Shown: one piece after another, positions 1 through 12,500 of the stretch
Numbering within the stretch: the first letter of the stretch is position 1
Layout of the letters: each line of letters opens with the position of its first letter
Origin: Entomortierella parvispora E1425
Taxonomy: Eukaryota; Fungi; Mortierellomycota
Reading direction: 5' to 3'
Length of the DNA: 64,000 bases
Assembly (NCBI GenBank): GCA_020891255.1
Contig: BQFW01000011.1
Coordinates: 1,302,001 to 1,366,000 of the forward strand
Notes under the pieces: generated by a model
What the model saw: the letters and a program-made list of their open reading frames with translations, nothing else
Database searches by the model: none
What the model was told of the DNA's origin: nothing
Translations under genes and position numbers: made by a program

Positions 1-37
1 GCGCTTGGGTTGGATTCTTTGTTGTTTGTCATCTATA

Positions 38-481
38 GAAGGATCGCTCGGATTGCCTGCTCTGCCAAAGGATGTGTCTTTGGGCGATCATATTCTGAAC
101 ACGTTGTTGGCTTTGTTGACGTTCATTGAGATTCCAACGACGGCGTTGGTGCACCCAGCCAAAAAGGGAACGAGTCTCCGGGAAACTAGGGTAAGGAAGG
201 GCCATTGCTGGAATAGAATACGAAATAGAACAGTTGGACAGGGCGTTCGCGAATGCCTTTTTTTTTTTGTCTTGATTGTTCGCGTGGCGTGTCGCTGATC
301 GGAATCTTTTTTTTTTTTTTTTTTTTTTGTGCGATAGTCGATCATCGAGAACCTGACGGCGTCATTGGCATTGACCCTTGGCGAAGGTGGTTCAACAGAA
401 TTCTCGGCTGAGAGAGCATTTGAATACCGACCCTCCAAGGGAGAGGATGAGGAAGCAGCAGATAGTATGATGTACCTTTGA
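38..481 (+). CDS. 3' end of a hypothetical gene entering from the left; last exons 38..190 and 338..481
   Basis: Acceptor-like TCTATAG at 31-37, open frame to donor AGG|GTAAGG at 191, poly-T intron ending GCGATAG at 337. The phase-0 exon 338..481 is open (SIIENLTASLALTLGEGG...ADSMMYL*). Product not recognised. Confidence 0.55.
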
Positions 482-1442
482 GTGGCATCAAAAAAAAGGA
501 AAAAGGAAAAAAATAAGAATATGAAAAAATAATGAAAGAAAGGGAGATGCGATGCAGTAGGATCCGCAATGACCCAATGCAGAAAGGATTCGCAACAGGA
601 GGAGGAGGAGGAGAAAGAAAAAGAGGAGAACGAGAGAGAGGGATGTGCGAGAACCTACTCTGATATCATCTGGTATTTCTTTAGAGTCGCAAAAGCAGGC
701 GGATCGAGATGGAGATCGAGGCTCTGTTTGAACAGCTTTGTCCGCGATCTGCGATTGTGAGCAGGAGAGAGAGAGAGAGTGGAATGAGCTGTCCAAACAA
801 CAGATCGAAACGCAAAAGAGCGAATGCGCAGGAGCGGAGAGAAAGAGACGAGAAAAGAAAGAGACGGACGACATCCACCTATGCACATGTCCCAAAAGAG
901 CGAGGGCCTCAACAGATCAGATCATCGCGCGTGTACATGTACACCCTATTTCATTTATCCTCCCATGGGAGTCTCCCACTTTGGACTCCTGCAAATCTGT
1001 TTTTGCACCCTTGCTGCTGTTGCAACAAGACGACGACGAAGGGGGTGCAGGACTGAGAATGGCAGTGGCGATGATCGCATGTGGTGACACCAGCCTGCGA
1101 CTCTGTCAGTCTGTCCCTGGTGTGCCCCTCTCGACCATGGACACCAATCAGCGCCCTCTGTTCCACACTGCTGGGTCTGTGAATGTCAATGGAGCATGCA
1201 CAGGGGATGGATGCTGTCAAGACAGACAGACAGACACACAGACACCAAAGGGAACGAAGCGACTCTTTTTTTTTTTTCTCCCTTGGTTCCTTCTCTTCCT
1301 CTCTCTCTTCCTCCCTCTCTCTCTCTCGGTTGTCGCGCTTTGCCAGAAGAGCAGATCTGTCGCAGTTCCACCCCTCTTCTTCCTCTTCCTCGCTCTCTCT
1401 CGCTCTCCACTTCGCACTTTCCATTCAAGCGCCATTCTTTTC

Positions 1443-1630
1443 CAAGTCATCAAGTCATTCAAGTCAATCAAGTCATTCAAGTCAATCCATCCATTCGCTC
1501 TCAACCATTTCGAACACGCCGACTCGCACCGCAAACGACAAAGCGCGCATTCCCATTGTGCGCCAGTCCATCGTTCGTGCCTGTCCTTCCCTTGCCTTGC
1601 CTTGCCTTGCCTTTCTTTGCCTTGCCTGCC
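1443..1630. repeat. Short tandem repeats upstream of the Spt23/Mga2-like gene: CAAGTCA(T/A)T x5 (1443-1486) and (CCTTG)n (~1590-1626)
   Basis: Read directly from the sequence. Confidence 0.85.
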
Positions 1631-1716
1631 GACCTGCCTGTCCCTCTGCCGTCCCTCTGGTGCCTGTCTGGTGGATAGCATCCTCCCTCCCTTAAACTGC
1701 TTCCTGTCGCCTCATC

Positions 1717-4700
1717 ATGTTTCCTCAAAAGCAAGGTCAACCGTCCTTCATGGCCTCCTCTTCCTCTCCTTCTGCTTCTCTCCCCACCTTTTCTCCCGCA
1801 GTCACTCTTCCGGCAGGTGAATCCTCCCTCCACCTCTTGCAACACCAGCAGCAGCAAGAGCATTACTCTCCGCAACAACTGCAACTACAGCAACCACAGT
1901 TGTCTGCCCCACCCTCCTTTCCTTCTTCCCACTCTCCATACCAAGAACCCCTCGCTGTCTCGCTTGAAGATCAACGTTCACAGCAACTTGAGCGGCAACG
2001 GTTTCTCCTCCAACAACAACAACATCAGGCGCAGATCCAGCTGCAGAATCTTCAACTGCGCCAACGAAAGGCCTTGATCGAGGAACAAACTCGTCAACTG
2101 GCCGAGAAGCAACAACAACTCCCGAGGCGAGCATCGTCTTCTACGCTTTCACCGCAGACTCGGACGCAGGTCGTATCGACAACAGCACCAGCCACGTCTG
2201 AATCTTTCTCGGGTCATTCACCTTCTTCCCCAGCATCGTCTTTATCCGTTGCGACCTTGTCACAGGCATTGTCGTCCGTTCCTTCTTTGGCAACCCCTCA
2301 AGCAAACCCGTCTTTTATCCACCCGTTCCTGAACGCTGGTCACCGACCGAGTCCTCCCAACCTCCTGAGTCCTTCCTTGGCCACAACCGCCTCAATGGAC
2401 ATCATGGCACTGGCGCCTTTCCCCTTGCACCAACATCATGGCTTTACCTCCAATTCTTCAATGATGCAACAACCCCTTCAACAGCTCACTGCCCAGTCAT
2501 TACATGATCAACAACAGAGCGTCCATCAGCTTCAACAACAACAGCAATGTCGCTGGCAGACGCATGGCGCATCCTCGGCTTCTTCCAACTACCCACTCTA
2601 CCATCCTCTCCGATACGATTCTGAACAGCAGGGGCGGGAACATCAACAAGGTAAGAGTGTCATTGTCGAGGAAGGCGTCATTGTTTCTCTGATTGACAAT
2701 GTTCTTTTTTCCGTGTCGAATCCAATAGACAGCAATAGCCATGTCCATGGACGACCGTCCCGAGGCATCAGCAACCGCGGCAGTAGCAGCAACAGCAACG
2801 GCCACAGCAAAGAGGTGAGTTGGGATCGGGCATTCGACCAATGCGCGCGCCCTTTTTTAGCTCTATTTTTTTCTCCTTCTCCGATCCCACTCCCCGATCT
2901 TGGCAGAATCGAGATCCACTATTATTTACGCGACCCACACGCCGTCTCATTGGCTCAAGCTTATTTGGTCCTGTTTTCATTGTTCAAATCTCCATCTCAC
3001 TATCTCCCCTTCTCATGCTTGCACCGACTTGCTTCTCCTTGGTCAACATAGGAACACCCGGGCCTGCTTGGCTACACCATCAACGCAAGGATCATCCAGA
3101 AGAAGGATCAGATGGAGGAACTGAGCCCCGAAGGCACCCTCGTCCCCGCCCCCGCCGTAGCAGAGGTCCGTACCGGTCAACAGTTCCTGATCAAGCTGCA
3201 GCTCTCAAGGCCCGCCACCTCTGCCTCCTCGTCTTCTTTTTCAAGATACCCAACCATGCGCGTGGATCGCCGCGAAGCCATCAACACTGCAGGCCAGCCA
3301 AGGGCCAAGGCGGAGCCGTTAACGCTGCAGATCATTGTCCGCTTGGCCAAGACTGGCTTGGTCCGGAAGGGCGCCTGTGCCAAATGTTGTCACAAGTACG
3401 GTCCATCCTCTCCCATCATTGTACTGCTCGACCCTCTTTCGCCGTCCTCTACCGACCCTTCTTCGTTTGCCCACGTGGACAGTACAACAGGGTCTGTGAC
3501 CATCTTGGCAAAAGTCATCTGCTCCTCCACGGACCATGGAGAGCGTGGCAACAAGGACCGATACCTGTTTGAATTCAAGCTGAAGCGCACCAACCTAGGC
3601 AGGAACTCGAGTCCAAGGAGTGGCGTAGACGATGAACGGGACACAATCGCATCCTGTGTCACAGCCCCGATCATGTGCTCGGGCCACCACAAAGCCAAGA
3701 GAGCCTACCCTAACCAACGGCCGACCAAAGTCACCAAGGACGGACCCTCGGCCAAGATCAAGACCATCAAACACCAAAGGAGTCTCCCCATTGTCGACTC
3801 AGCATTCCGTTCTCACGGCAACTTTCCGGATCTCCTCACCAGTCAGCCACCCTCGACTTTGTCCGCAACAGTTCGGCCAAGCTCATCCATGTCGAGCTAC
3901 TCCAACTTTCCATCGCCTCTTTCGTACATGCAGGATAACCTGGCCACCTCATCCATGACTTCGAATTTCGGAGATGAGCCTTCCAGCGACCTTGATCAGG
4001 CCAATGTGGGAACGCGTTCTCGTCAACAGTCGCTAATGAGCCTCCAAGAGACAATGTCGTCTACCTCATTGTCCCACCAATTCCAGTCCCAACCCCCACG
4101 GATATTTGAGGTTCGACCGGATCAGGGTCCCATCCGCAAACTGACAGATGTGGTTTTGCGAGGGCTGTTCTTTCAGGAGGGGATGGTGCCCTATTTTGGA
4201 TGTTTCCCTGCTGAAGATATTGTGGTCGAGACTTCCAGCCTGATCCTTTGCAAAGCTCCTCAGAGTCCCTTGCCTGGAACGGTCCCGATCACGCTGTGTG
4301 ACCAAACTGGGGCCAGCTTTGCAGATTTGGCACAGTTCACTTACACGGACGACTCGGAGACAGAGCTGTTAATCTTGCAGTTGCAGTTGCGCATGGCCCA
4401 CCGTGCGCTCGAGTACCTACACACTCAAGTGACAGGGCAAAAAGAAAACGCGAACGAGATCTTGAGGGATATCCCAGGATTGTCAACGACTACCCGCACA
4501 GGAGGATCTTCTCATAGAGGAGGAGGCGGTGGTAACATGATGACAGAAGACCGCTCTATGGAGGAGGAGGAAGATATTGAACCCAAGATATTGACACGAG
4601 ACGAAGTGGAGCAGGGCATATTGAAAACGTTGGATCAGCTTCCTGGCGCAGTGGATCTTTCAATGCAGCTGGAGAACCAAGGCAATATGTTGCATCTCAG

Positions 4701-6451
4701 CATTGTGCTGGGCTTTCACCAGCTGGCCATGCGACTGATTGAGGATGGATGCGATCTCGAGGCTCTGGATGCATGGGCGATGACGCCTCTCATGTATGCA
4801 GTGATCAAGGGTCGCGAGAGCATCGTGAAGGCTCTTGTTGTTGGTGAGTTTTCATACCTGTTGACATTTATTCAAAGGGGATGATTTTCGTCGTGATTAC
4901 TGACATATTTTTTTATTTGTTATTCTCGCATTTACAGCCGGGGCCACCTCCTCGGGTGCTCGCACACCCACCGAGTTTTATGCCTGTTTGCCACGCGTTA
5001 TAGAGCCCACGCGGGCAGTGGTGGGATATCTTTCGATTGCTTGTACGCGTCACTCGACTGTTTCTCGCACCATGATCTCCAGTACTATACGTGGAAAGCC
5101 AGACACGATCAAGGTCGAGAATGACTCTGGCTCCTTTACATCCTCGGATGAGGACTCGGATATGGCAGAGTTGGCTGATATCGAGGTCACGGATAGGGCA
5201 ATGACGATGGATACAGTCGTAAAGAAGGAAGAGCACGACGAGGCCACGGCGATGGCCAAGATTGCTGATGCAATTCGAGGCGTGTACATTAACCACGACA
5301 TGCCACCCTTGGATCTACAGGATCTGCCGCCAATGCATACTGTGGCGGAAGATGGATCGATGATAATTAACAGAAAGGTACTCAAGGGTGATGAGATCCC
5401 TCGAGGTGTCGTTCCATCGGAGGAATATGGGCCCGTCACCACCTCCAATGTAGAGTCCGGTTACTACAGCAAGGTGATGTCTGAGGTTCAGGATCGACTG
5501 AGTCATTCGAATCAGGAAGATCTGCCCTCCGAAGGAGTGGCCATGACGGTCCAATTCAAGAAGGGGCCTACGATGGGACTGCCAGCCACTCCGTCTGCGA
5601 CCAGACTTGCGACCCCAGAGTCTCTGTACAGAACAGGAGAGTCATTTGAGATTGAGATTCGACTGGCGACCGTAGAGGCGCCAACAGGATTGACCGTGCC
5701 ACCTACCACACTGGTGCCATTCCCAAAGGAGTTTGTCGGCATTCGGTTCGCACACGAGATGGTCAAGCGAGTCCATGGAAAACCAGTCTCGATCCTGAAT
5801 GAGAGGACCTACGAACTCCGGATGTCGGTTGAGTTGGGAAAGCCACGTGGGACGACCTCGACATCAACGGCACAAGCCAAGGAGGACATGGACAGCGACA
5901 ACCATAGCAGTGAACAGCCTTCCCACAGTCACCCCGGAGATGGTGTCTCCCTTCCTGGAGTATGCCTTGTTTGCTCAAAGGCTTTGCAGCAAGCCAAGAG
6001 ACCTCTAGGTGAGTCGGCGGCGGTGAATAATACAGCCGTAGTTCCAATCCTGCATTTCTACGTGCCTACTGCATCAGCCTTTGCACTTCCAACAGACGCA
6101 GACTCGACCATGGGAACCGATCTCGGGTCCAGTGTAGTGGAGCTAAGGAACGGTCAGCTTGAGGTCAAGGCGAAGGTCTCTTGCTCCAGCTTGCACCATT
6201 TGATTCGGCGCGACAAAGCCAGGATTACGACAGAACTACAGCTCCAACAACAACCGCAAACGCCCCCACCTTCCTCCTCTTCGACTGCATCCTTGAGTAC
6301 GTCTCTGAGTGAAAAGTCAAAGGCGGAATTGAAGGACTTGGATCCTGGCTTTGTCTTTACGTTCGAGTTGATCCATCCTGTCTCGAATGCAGTAGTAGCC
6401 AAGGCCGTGGTGGGTCCCATTTTCTTTCAGAGCTACTCTCTGAAGCGCTAA
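1717..6451 (+). CDS. Spt23/Mga2-like transcription factor (Gln-rich N-terminus, DNA-binding-like domain, IPT/TIG, ankyrin repeats), ~1441 aa; join(1717..2650,2729..2814,3052..4843,4938..6451)
   Basis: GT-AG introns keep the frame throughout. IPT/TIG motif PRIFEVRPDQGP...PYFG...LCKAPQSPLPGTVPITL followed by FTYTDDSETELL. Ankyrin GNMLHLSIVLG...TPLMYAVIKGRESIVKALVV|AGA spans the 4844-4937 intron. The short 2651-2728 intron is the least certain. Confidence 0.85.
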
Positions 6452-7640
6452 AAAAAAGTGTACCTTGCCATTGTAATATAGCCCATCGTGATTTTTTTTA
6501 TTGCTCATTATTCATGACAAGAGAGACCACCATCGGCCCCTTTGTGCGATTGGGCGGCGGACAAAATTATCAACGCTAGAGCAGCTGGGCACCCCGATTG
6601 GAACTCCAAATTGGCAGTGTGAAGCGGAATTGGTGGCAAAATGAGCAGACGCGACATGTGGAGTGATAAACAGACAGAGGGATGAGAGATAGTGGGTAGA
6701 GAGCGGAACCGTGATCCTTGGTTGTGTCGAGGAGAAGGAAGGTGGTGAAAGACGCCATTGCTCAGGAGGGAGTCAAGAAGGAGAAAGTGCTCGCATGGCC
6801 CCATGCTGACGGCCGATTGTCAATGTCGGCGGTCAACATGGAAAAGAGAGTGGAGAGCACGCCTCTATCATCCCTGGAGGCGGAGCAGACGCACTGATGG
6901 GTCCCCAATGAGGAACCCCGGAGGGAAAAGAAAAAAAAAAAAAAGGACAAGTGATCCTTGCTCAGCGGACAAACAGGGTTGGGAAAATGAAGGAGCGCTT
7001 GTCGTGTGGACCCTGCAAAACCCTTTTTTTTTTTTTTTTTTTTTTTCTCGCCCCGACTCTCATCCCCTTCGTCCTCATCATGTTCATGAGAAACTGCATG
7101 ACGCCATCGTCACCACCACTCGTTCAGATGGATGCACTCAAGAGCCCACCGGCTTTTTCTTCACCCAAATCCCTTTCCCCCCCTGAGAATAACGCTTTCT
7201 TTTTCTCCCATTGCCCACCATGCACTTCACTGTTTTACTTTGTTTCTCAGCTCTGCATATGGTTTGATTGCCTGTGCCTGCCTGGCCGAGTGCATCAATG
7301 CCAAGGTCCTCTTCTTCCTCTTTTCATCGACAGCCCACAGGAAACAACCCAGGAATACATCCACCGTACATAGACTGTTTGGCGCAAGCAAAAAACACCC
7401 AAGTCAAGTCTCATGAATGCCATCACAGACGTACAGGGCATTAGAAACATGGATGACATCATGCGCGACTTCTTTTGCGACGATGAGGGCCATCATTTTC
7501 GTGCAAACTGTGCTGATTCGTTTGTCTTTGTAGGCCATTCTTTTTCCTTGCTCTAGACGGACCATTGTGTGGAAGATGTCAAAGTAAGATCCGAAAGTAG
7601 GGTGCCGAATTTATCAAGTGAGAAGGCGCCACCCCATTCC

Positions 7641-7920
7641 TTAACAGTCGGGTGACTTCGATGCATTCGGTTTTTTGCATTTTGCTTAGCCATTACTTAG
7701 AGGCTAAGCTCGATGCTTAGCCATTAACTAACCAGTCAGGTGATTCGAGGATTTCGATGCATTCGGTTTTGCATTTTGCTTAGCCATTACTTAGAGGCTA
7801 AGCTCGATGCTTAGCCATTAACTAACCAGTCAGGTGATTCGAAGATTTCGATTTTGCAGTTTGCTTAGCCATTACTTAGAGGCTAAGCTCGATGTCGATT
7901 TCGGTTTCATTTTGCTTAAC
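7641..7920. repeat. Tandem array of ~94-96 bp units (about 3 copies plus partial), each with a GCTTAGCC-N10-GGCTAAGC hairpin
   Basis: TTCGAT unit starts at 7657, 7753 and 7847. GCTTAGCCATTACTTAGAGGCTAAGCTCGATG is identical in all three copies. Confidence 0.95.
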
Positions 7921-9526
7921 AATGCCAACCACACCCAAGAGCAACAGGTCGCACACGCATCGAATTTCAGAAGCGGACATGTCATAACTCTGCTTGGTTA
8001 GCGTCAGAGCGGGGAACAGCATTGGCGGGACTGGTGAAAACACCAGCTGCTGACGAAATGCTACTTTGATGTACGCGGTGCATGGGTTTTCATTGCTAGG
8101 CAACAATAATCACTTCGGAGGATGGAGACATGCCGTTGCATGACCCCTGCCATTTTTCGGATTTTTTTCACTTTGGTGGCGCCTTCGTCTTTACCTGGAT
8201 ATGTGCGCACTTGTTGTCGGCCGTGGGTCAACTAACAAACTTTCCACTGATGGCACCAACTCTTAATCCACAAGACCACAAGATGACAAACCTCTGGTTC
8301 GGTTTTGGATGATATACACTCCGGGGTTTTTTTCGTCGCGGGTGATATAGTAGATCTTGAGAATTTCTCTACGGTATTCGGAAAACGAGGGAGCAGAGTA
8401 CAATTAGGTAGCCGCCTCACCTCGAGCCGCTCAAGGGCAAAACAATCGTCCGCGACGCCAGAGACGCCGTCAAAGACGAGCACCGCCTCAGCTAGGACCC
8501 CCTCCCCTGCCACTATTGCTTCCAATCCTTCCAGAGGTCCTCCTTGCAGTGAATGTTCCCATTCTATTAGAGCATCACGATCGATGAGAGAGTACCTGAC
8601 CCCAAAGGATGGAGCTTCAATGGCTCTAGTATCTGACCGTGGCTCGTAGACGCATCCTGCGCAACTTTAGTTCTTTGATTAGAGAATGACTGAGAGCAGA
8701 GCTCTAGGTGGAAATGACGAATCAGATAAACATACAAACTGTTGAAACAATGAACCTGCTCTTAGCCCCCAGGAATGCACCCCGCCAGCAATGAGGAATA
8801 ACAACAGTGACATGAGAGTCATTGTTCATGTGGGTGAAGCCCCAATGCTTACGCATGCTCAAGTCGATAATGCATTTTCCCAACGCCATGTGAAATGAGA
8901 ACAGGTGGAAGTGCATTGCGTGGCTTCTTTTGAATGAAGACATGCCTCCAAGCTGACGCCCAAAGTTCAGGCACCTTCCGAAACAGGCCAACTTCGGACT
9001 TCGCCCAAATAATGTTGCAAAGTTGCGCTCAGACCAACCCCGCTCACGGGCAAGTAGCTTTGATTTGCACCTTTTTTTTTTCAACAGTGGGCAGCAACGA
9101 TGGTGACCAGAAGGGCCGTCCCCCTTTCCCCTGCTCATGATCAGGCTGCTGACAAGGTGATGCTGCAAATGCGAAAAAAGAAGATTACTCTTCTTCATCG
9201 CATTTGCTAATCTACTTTCATCGTATTTGCTTCAGAGTAGCAAGTACGATGAAGGTAGATTTTCGCTCATCAATTGAGATGCAGTTTTTTTCATTTCGCG
9301 ATCAAGGGAGATGCAGAAAAAAAAAAAAGATGCCAGAGAACGGTTGCTATGGTTCCACCCACGCTGAAAATGATGAAAACCGACATCGTTATCCCCCTTT
9401 TTTTTTTTTTTTTTTTTTTTCATGTTGACAAAAAGTTATATATTTTTGTATGTGGAATATGTGGGGGATTGGGGAGGTTGGCTGAATGAAGCATGACATT
9501 GGTGATCTAAATTACGGGAAAAGAAA

Positions 9527-12500
9527 TTACTGGAGGTAAGCGGCCAAGGGAGACTCGGCAATGTTGAGGGCAGGGAGCTGCTGGTTCAAGCCCTTAATGA
9601 TCTCGATCATCTCGGCGCGAGTCTGGACCTTAAGCTCATCCTCCTTGGAGAGAACATCGGCAAAGATGGGCAAGAGCAAGTTCAAGTTGCTGTAAATCCA
9701 GGCGTTCTGGGAACGAATCAACGAGAACAAAAGATCATACACAGGGACGTTCTCCTCGTAATCGAGCTTCAATGGCAAAGCCTGGACAAAGACGGGCAAG
9801 ACCTGGTCAACGGGAACGGCGTTGGGGTGACGCATGATCATACGAGCGACAGCTCCGCAGGCGTTGTCGGTAACGTTCTCAAGGCGCTGGCCCTGGAACA
9901 AGGGGTATAAGGCGGTCAAGAGAGCGGGATATTGGCTATATGAAATAAACGAAAAAAAAGCTGTTAATATCACAGTCGTGTATCAAATTTGAGCTCGTGT
10001 GTGGATGGCGACAATAAAACTTACGAGGAGATATCAAGCTGAGTGTTCTGGCAAAGAGCACCAACAGTGAAAGCAGCGTTGCTGCGCACCTCAGCCTCCT
10101 CATCAGCAAGAGCCTTCAAAGCAATAGGGTAGATCACCTCAGTGAACTCGGTGATACCGCCCTTCATGCCAGCGGCAATCTCGCCCAAGCATCCAATGGC
10201 CATGGAGCGCTCGCTAGTGGGCTTGGACTTCTTGTAGTACTTGGCAATATGGGGGATGAAGACCTTGCCGAGAGGAACAAAGCTCTCGCCCAAGGCAGCG
10301 GCGACGGCACCGACCAAATCGGAAGCAGAAGAGATCAACAAAGCATCGAACTCGGCCTGCTCATCCTCGTCCAAAAGACCCTCATCATCGGCAAGCTCCT
10401 GCTGGCAGTAAGCCTTCTTTTCGAAGATCAAGTTCAAATGCTCGCCAATCGTGCCAATGTCTAATCAGTCCAGAAACAAACATGTTAGCTCTGAGCACTA
10501 GCACACATCCATTGCTCTTTTCCTATTGTATTAGCTTACGCTCAGCAATGATGGCAGGTCCGCAAAGCTTGATAGTCTCAACCATCTCCTGGCACAACTG
10601 AACAACAACCATCCTACAGGCAAACAATAAAATCAGTCAGCTAGTTGAAGTTTTGCAGATAAACTCACAACATGTGTATGAAAAAGCACTGCCGATATGT
10701 TTTTTTCAGTTTGAATCAAAGTCATCTCATGGAGAATCGAATTGAGCTGGGTTTAAAGTAGCTGATTTGAAGTCATCATTGTAACGCAAAGGCAATAGGA
10801 GAAATGTGAAGCGCAAAAAAAAGGGAAAAACTTACTTGTCATCTTCATCCTCCCAAACAGAAAGAATGGTAGGCATGACCAATGTGTTCAACTGAGCGAC
10901 GTTGTCATGAAGGGGAATGGCCACGGGAAGACCAGCCTTCCACTCTTCGCACTTGGAGAGCTTGTAGAAAGTGCGCAAGAAGTTGAAGAGAGCTCCGCAA
11001 GAAGCCTTACGGACACCATCGGACATGTGAGTGGTCAAGTTCTTCAACTCCTCCACACTCTGCTCAACGTAGGGCAGGAAAGCGGCACCAGTGTGCTGGA
11101 AAAAGTCGCCGATGGTATCGGCAGCAACCTCCTTCTCATCGGCGATGGCGGAGCGGAAAACGTAGCTAGGGTCCTCGGCAGTGTCTTCACCATCAGCAGA
11201 CTCAATGTCCTCCTCGTTGTCAACCTGGGTGCTGTTCTCATCCAACTGGCACGAAGCAATCAACTGAGGAACAATTCCAGGCAAGTAGGGGGCGAACTCG
11301 TCCTCAAAGACCTGGGCGATTCCAGCAAAGAAGAAGTATCCGCACTCACGAAGGCGGGTGTTGTCCAAAAGAAGTCCATCCATGGCAAGGTTCATCAAAT
11401 CGTTCAAGTAGGGCTATGTAACAAGGTTTTCAAAGTATTGTTAGTTACTTGAAGAAAAAAGAAAAAAAAGAGAAAAAAAACTGTGAAATATTCCTTACTC
11501 TGAAAGCATCCTTTCCGACGGCAGCGGCAATGGCACCGAGGGCATCAGTAGAGACAGCACGGAGCATGAGCTCATCCTCGCTAGAGTGGAGGGTCATCAA
11601 GTGCTGAAGACGCTTCATGACCTCAGGGAAGTAAGGAGTGAACTCGGTTCCGGAAGCATGGGCGGCACTGCCAATGGCGGCGACAACAATGGCACGGGTC
11701 TCGCCCTGGGCGTGGTCGAGCATGTGCATCAACTTCTGCATCAGGACAGGGAGGTACTGGAGAATGTTCTCACCAAGACCCTCCAAGATAGCATCCAAGG
11801 CATTGCAAGCCTGCTTGGTGATCTCGGGGGTAGGCTCGTTCATCAAGTTGAAGACGAGAGGCAAGAGAGTGGCGTGATTCTCAGCAACCTCCTGGTCAAA
11901 CTCCTCGGCAAAGGAGCTCAAGGCCATGCAGGCAGCACGACGAACATTGGCCTCGGGATCCTGAAGACCAGCGCAGACGACCAAAAGAAGGTCGCTGAAC
12001 TTGGGGCGAATAAAGTCAACGGAGCCCTCAACCAAGACAGCCAAAGTGACCATGGCAGCCTTGCGGTAAAGGGGATCCGAGTTCTGCATGTAGGCGAGAA
12101 TACCCTCAAGAGCAACAGGGAAGACCTGCTGAGGGGGAAGGTTGGTGGCAAGGGTGTTGATGACCTTAAAGGCAAGGCGAGCGGGAGAGTCCTCATCGCT
12201 ATCCTCAGGCTCCTCCTCAGCAGCAATGGGCATCAAGGCCTGGATCATGGGGGTGACCAACTTGAGACGTTGGATCTTGGTCTTCTTGTAGACAATGGCC
12301 CACATGAGGAAAGAAAGGGCTTGGACACGCATGACGGGCTCGTAAGACTTGTTACCACCAACGCTGAGGAAGAACTGGATCAAGTTCTGGATGTGCTTGG
12401 AGAGAATAGGGAGTTCGAGCAACAAGAGGGTATCAAAGACATCAAAGCACTTGGCGGCAGACTCCTCGTCGCTATCGCTGAGGCACTGCTGAAGGACGTT

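Noticed and set aside
88-895. Minus-strand spliced gene at the window start
   Set aside because: Candidate junctions lead to early stops; the plus-strand model (38..190, 338..481) has better splice signals and phase.
7641-7920. CRISPR array interpretation of the hairpin repeats
   Set aside because: Sequence between hairpins is repeated rather than unique, the host is eukaryotic, and no cas-like genes are present.
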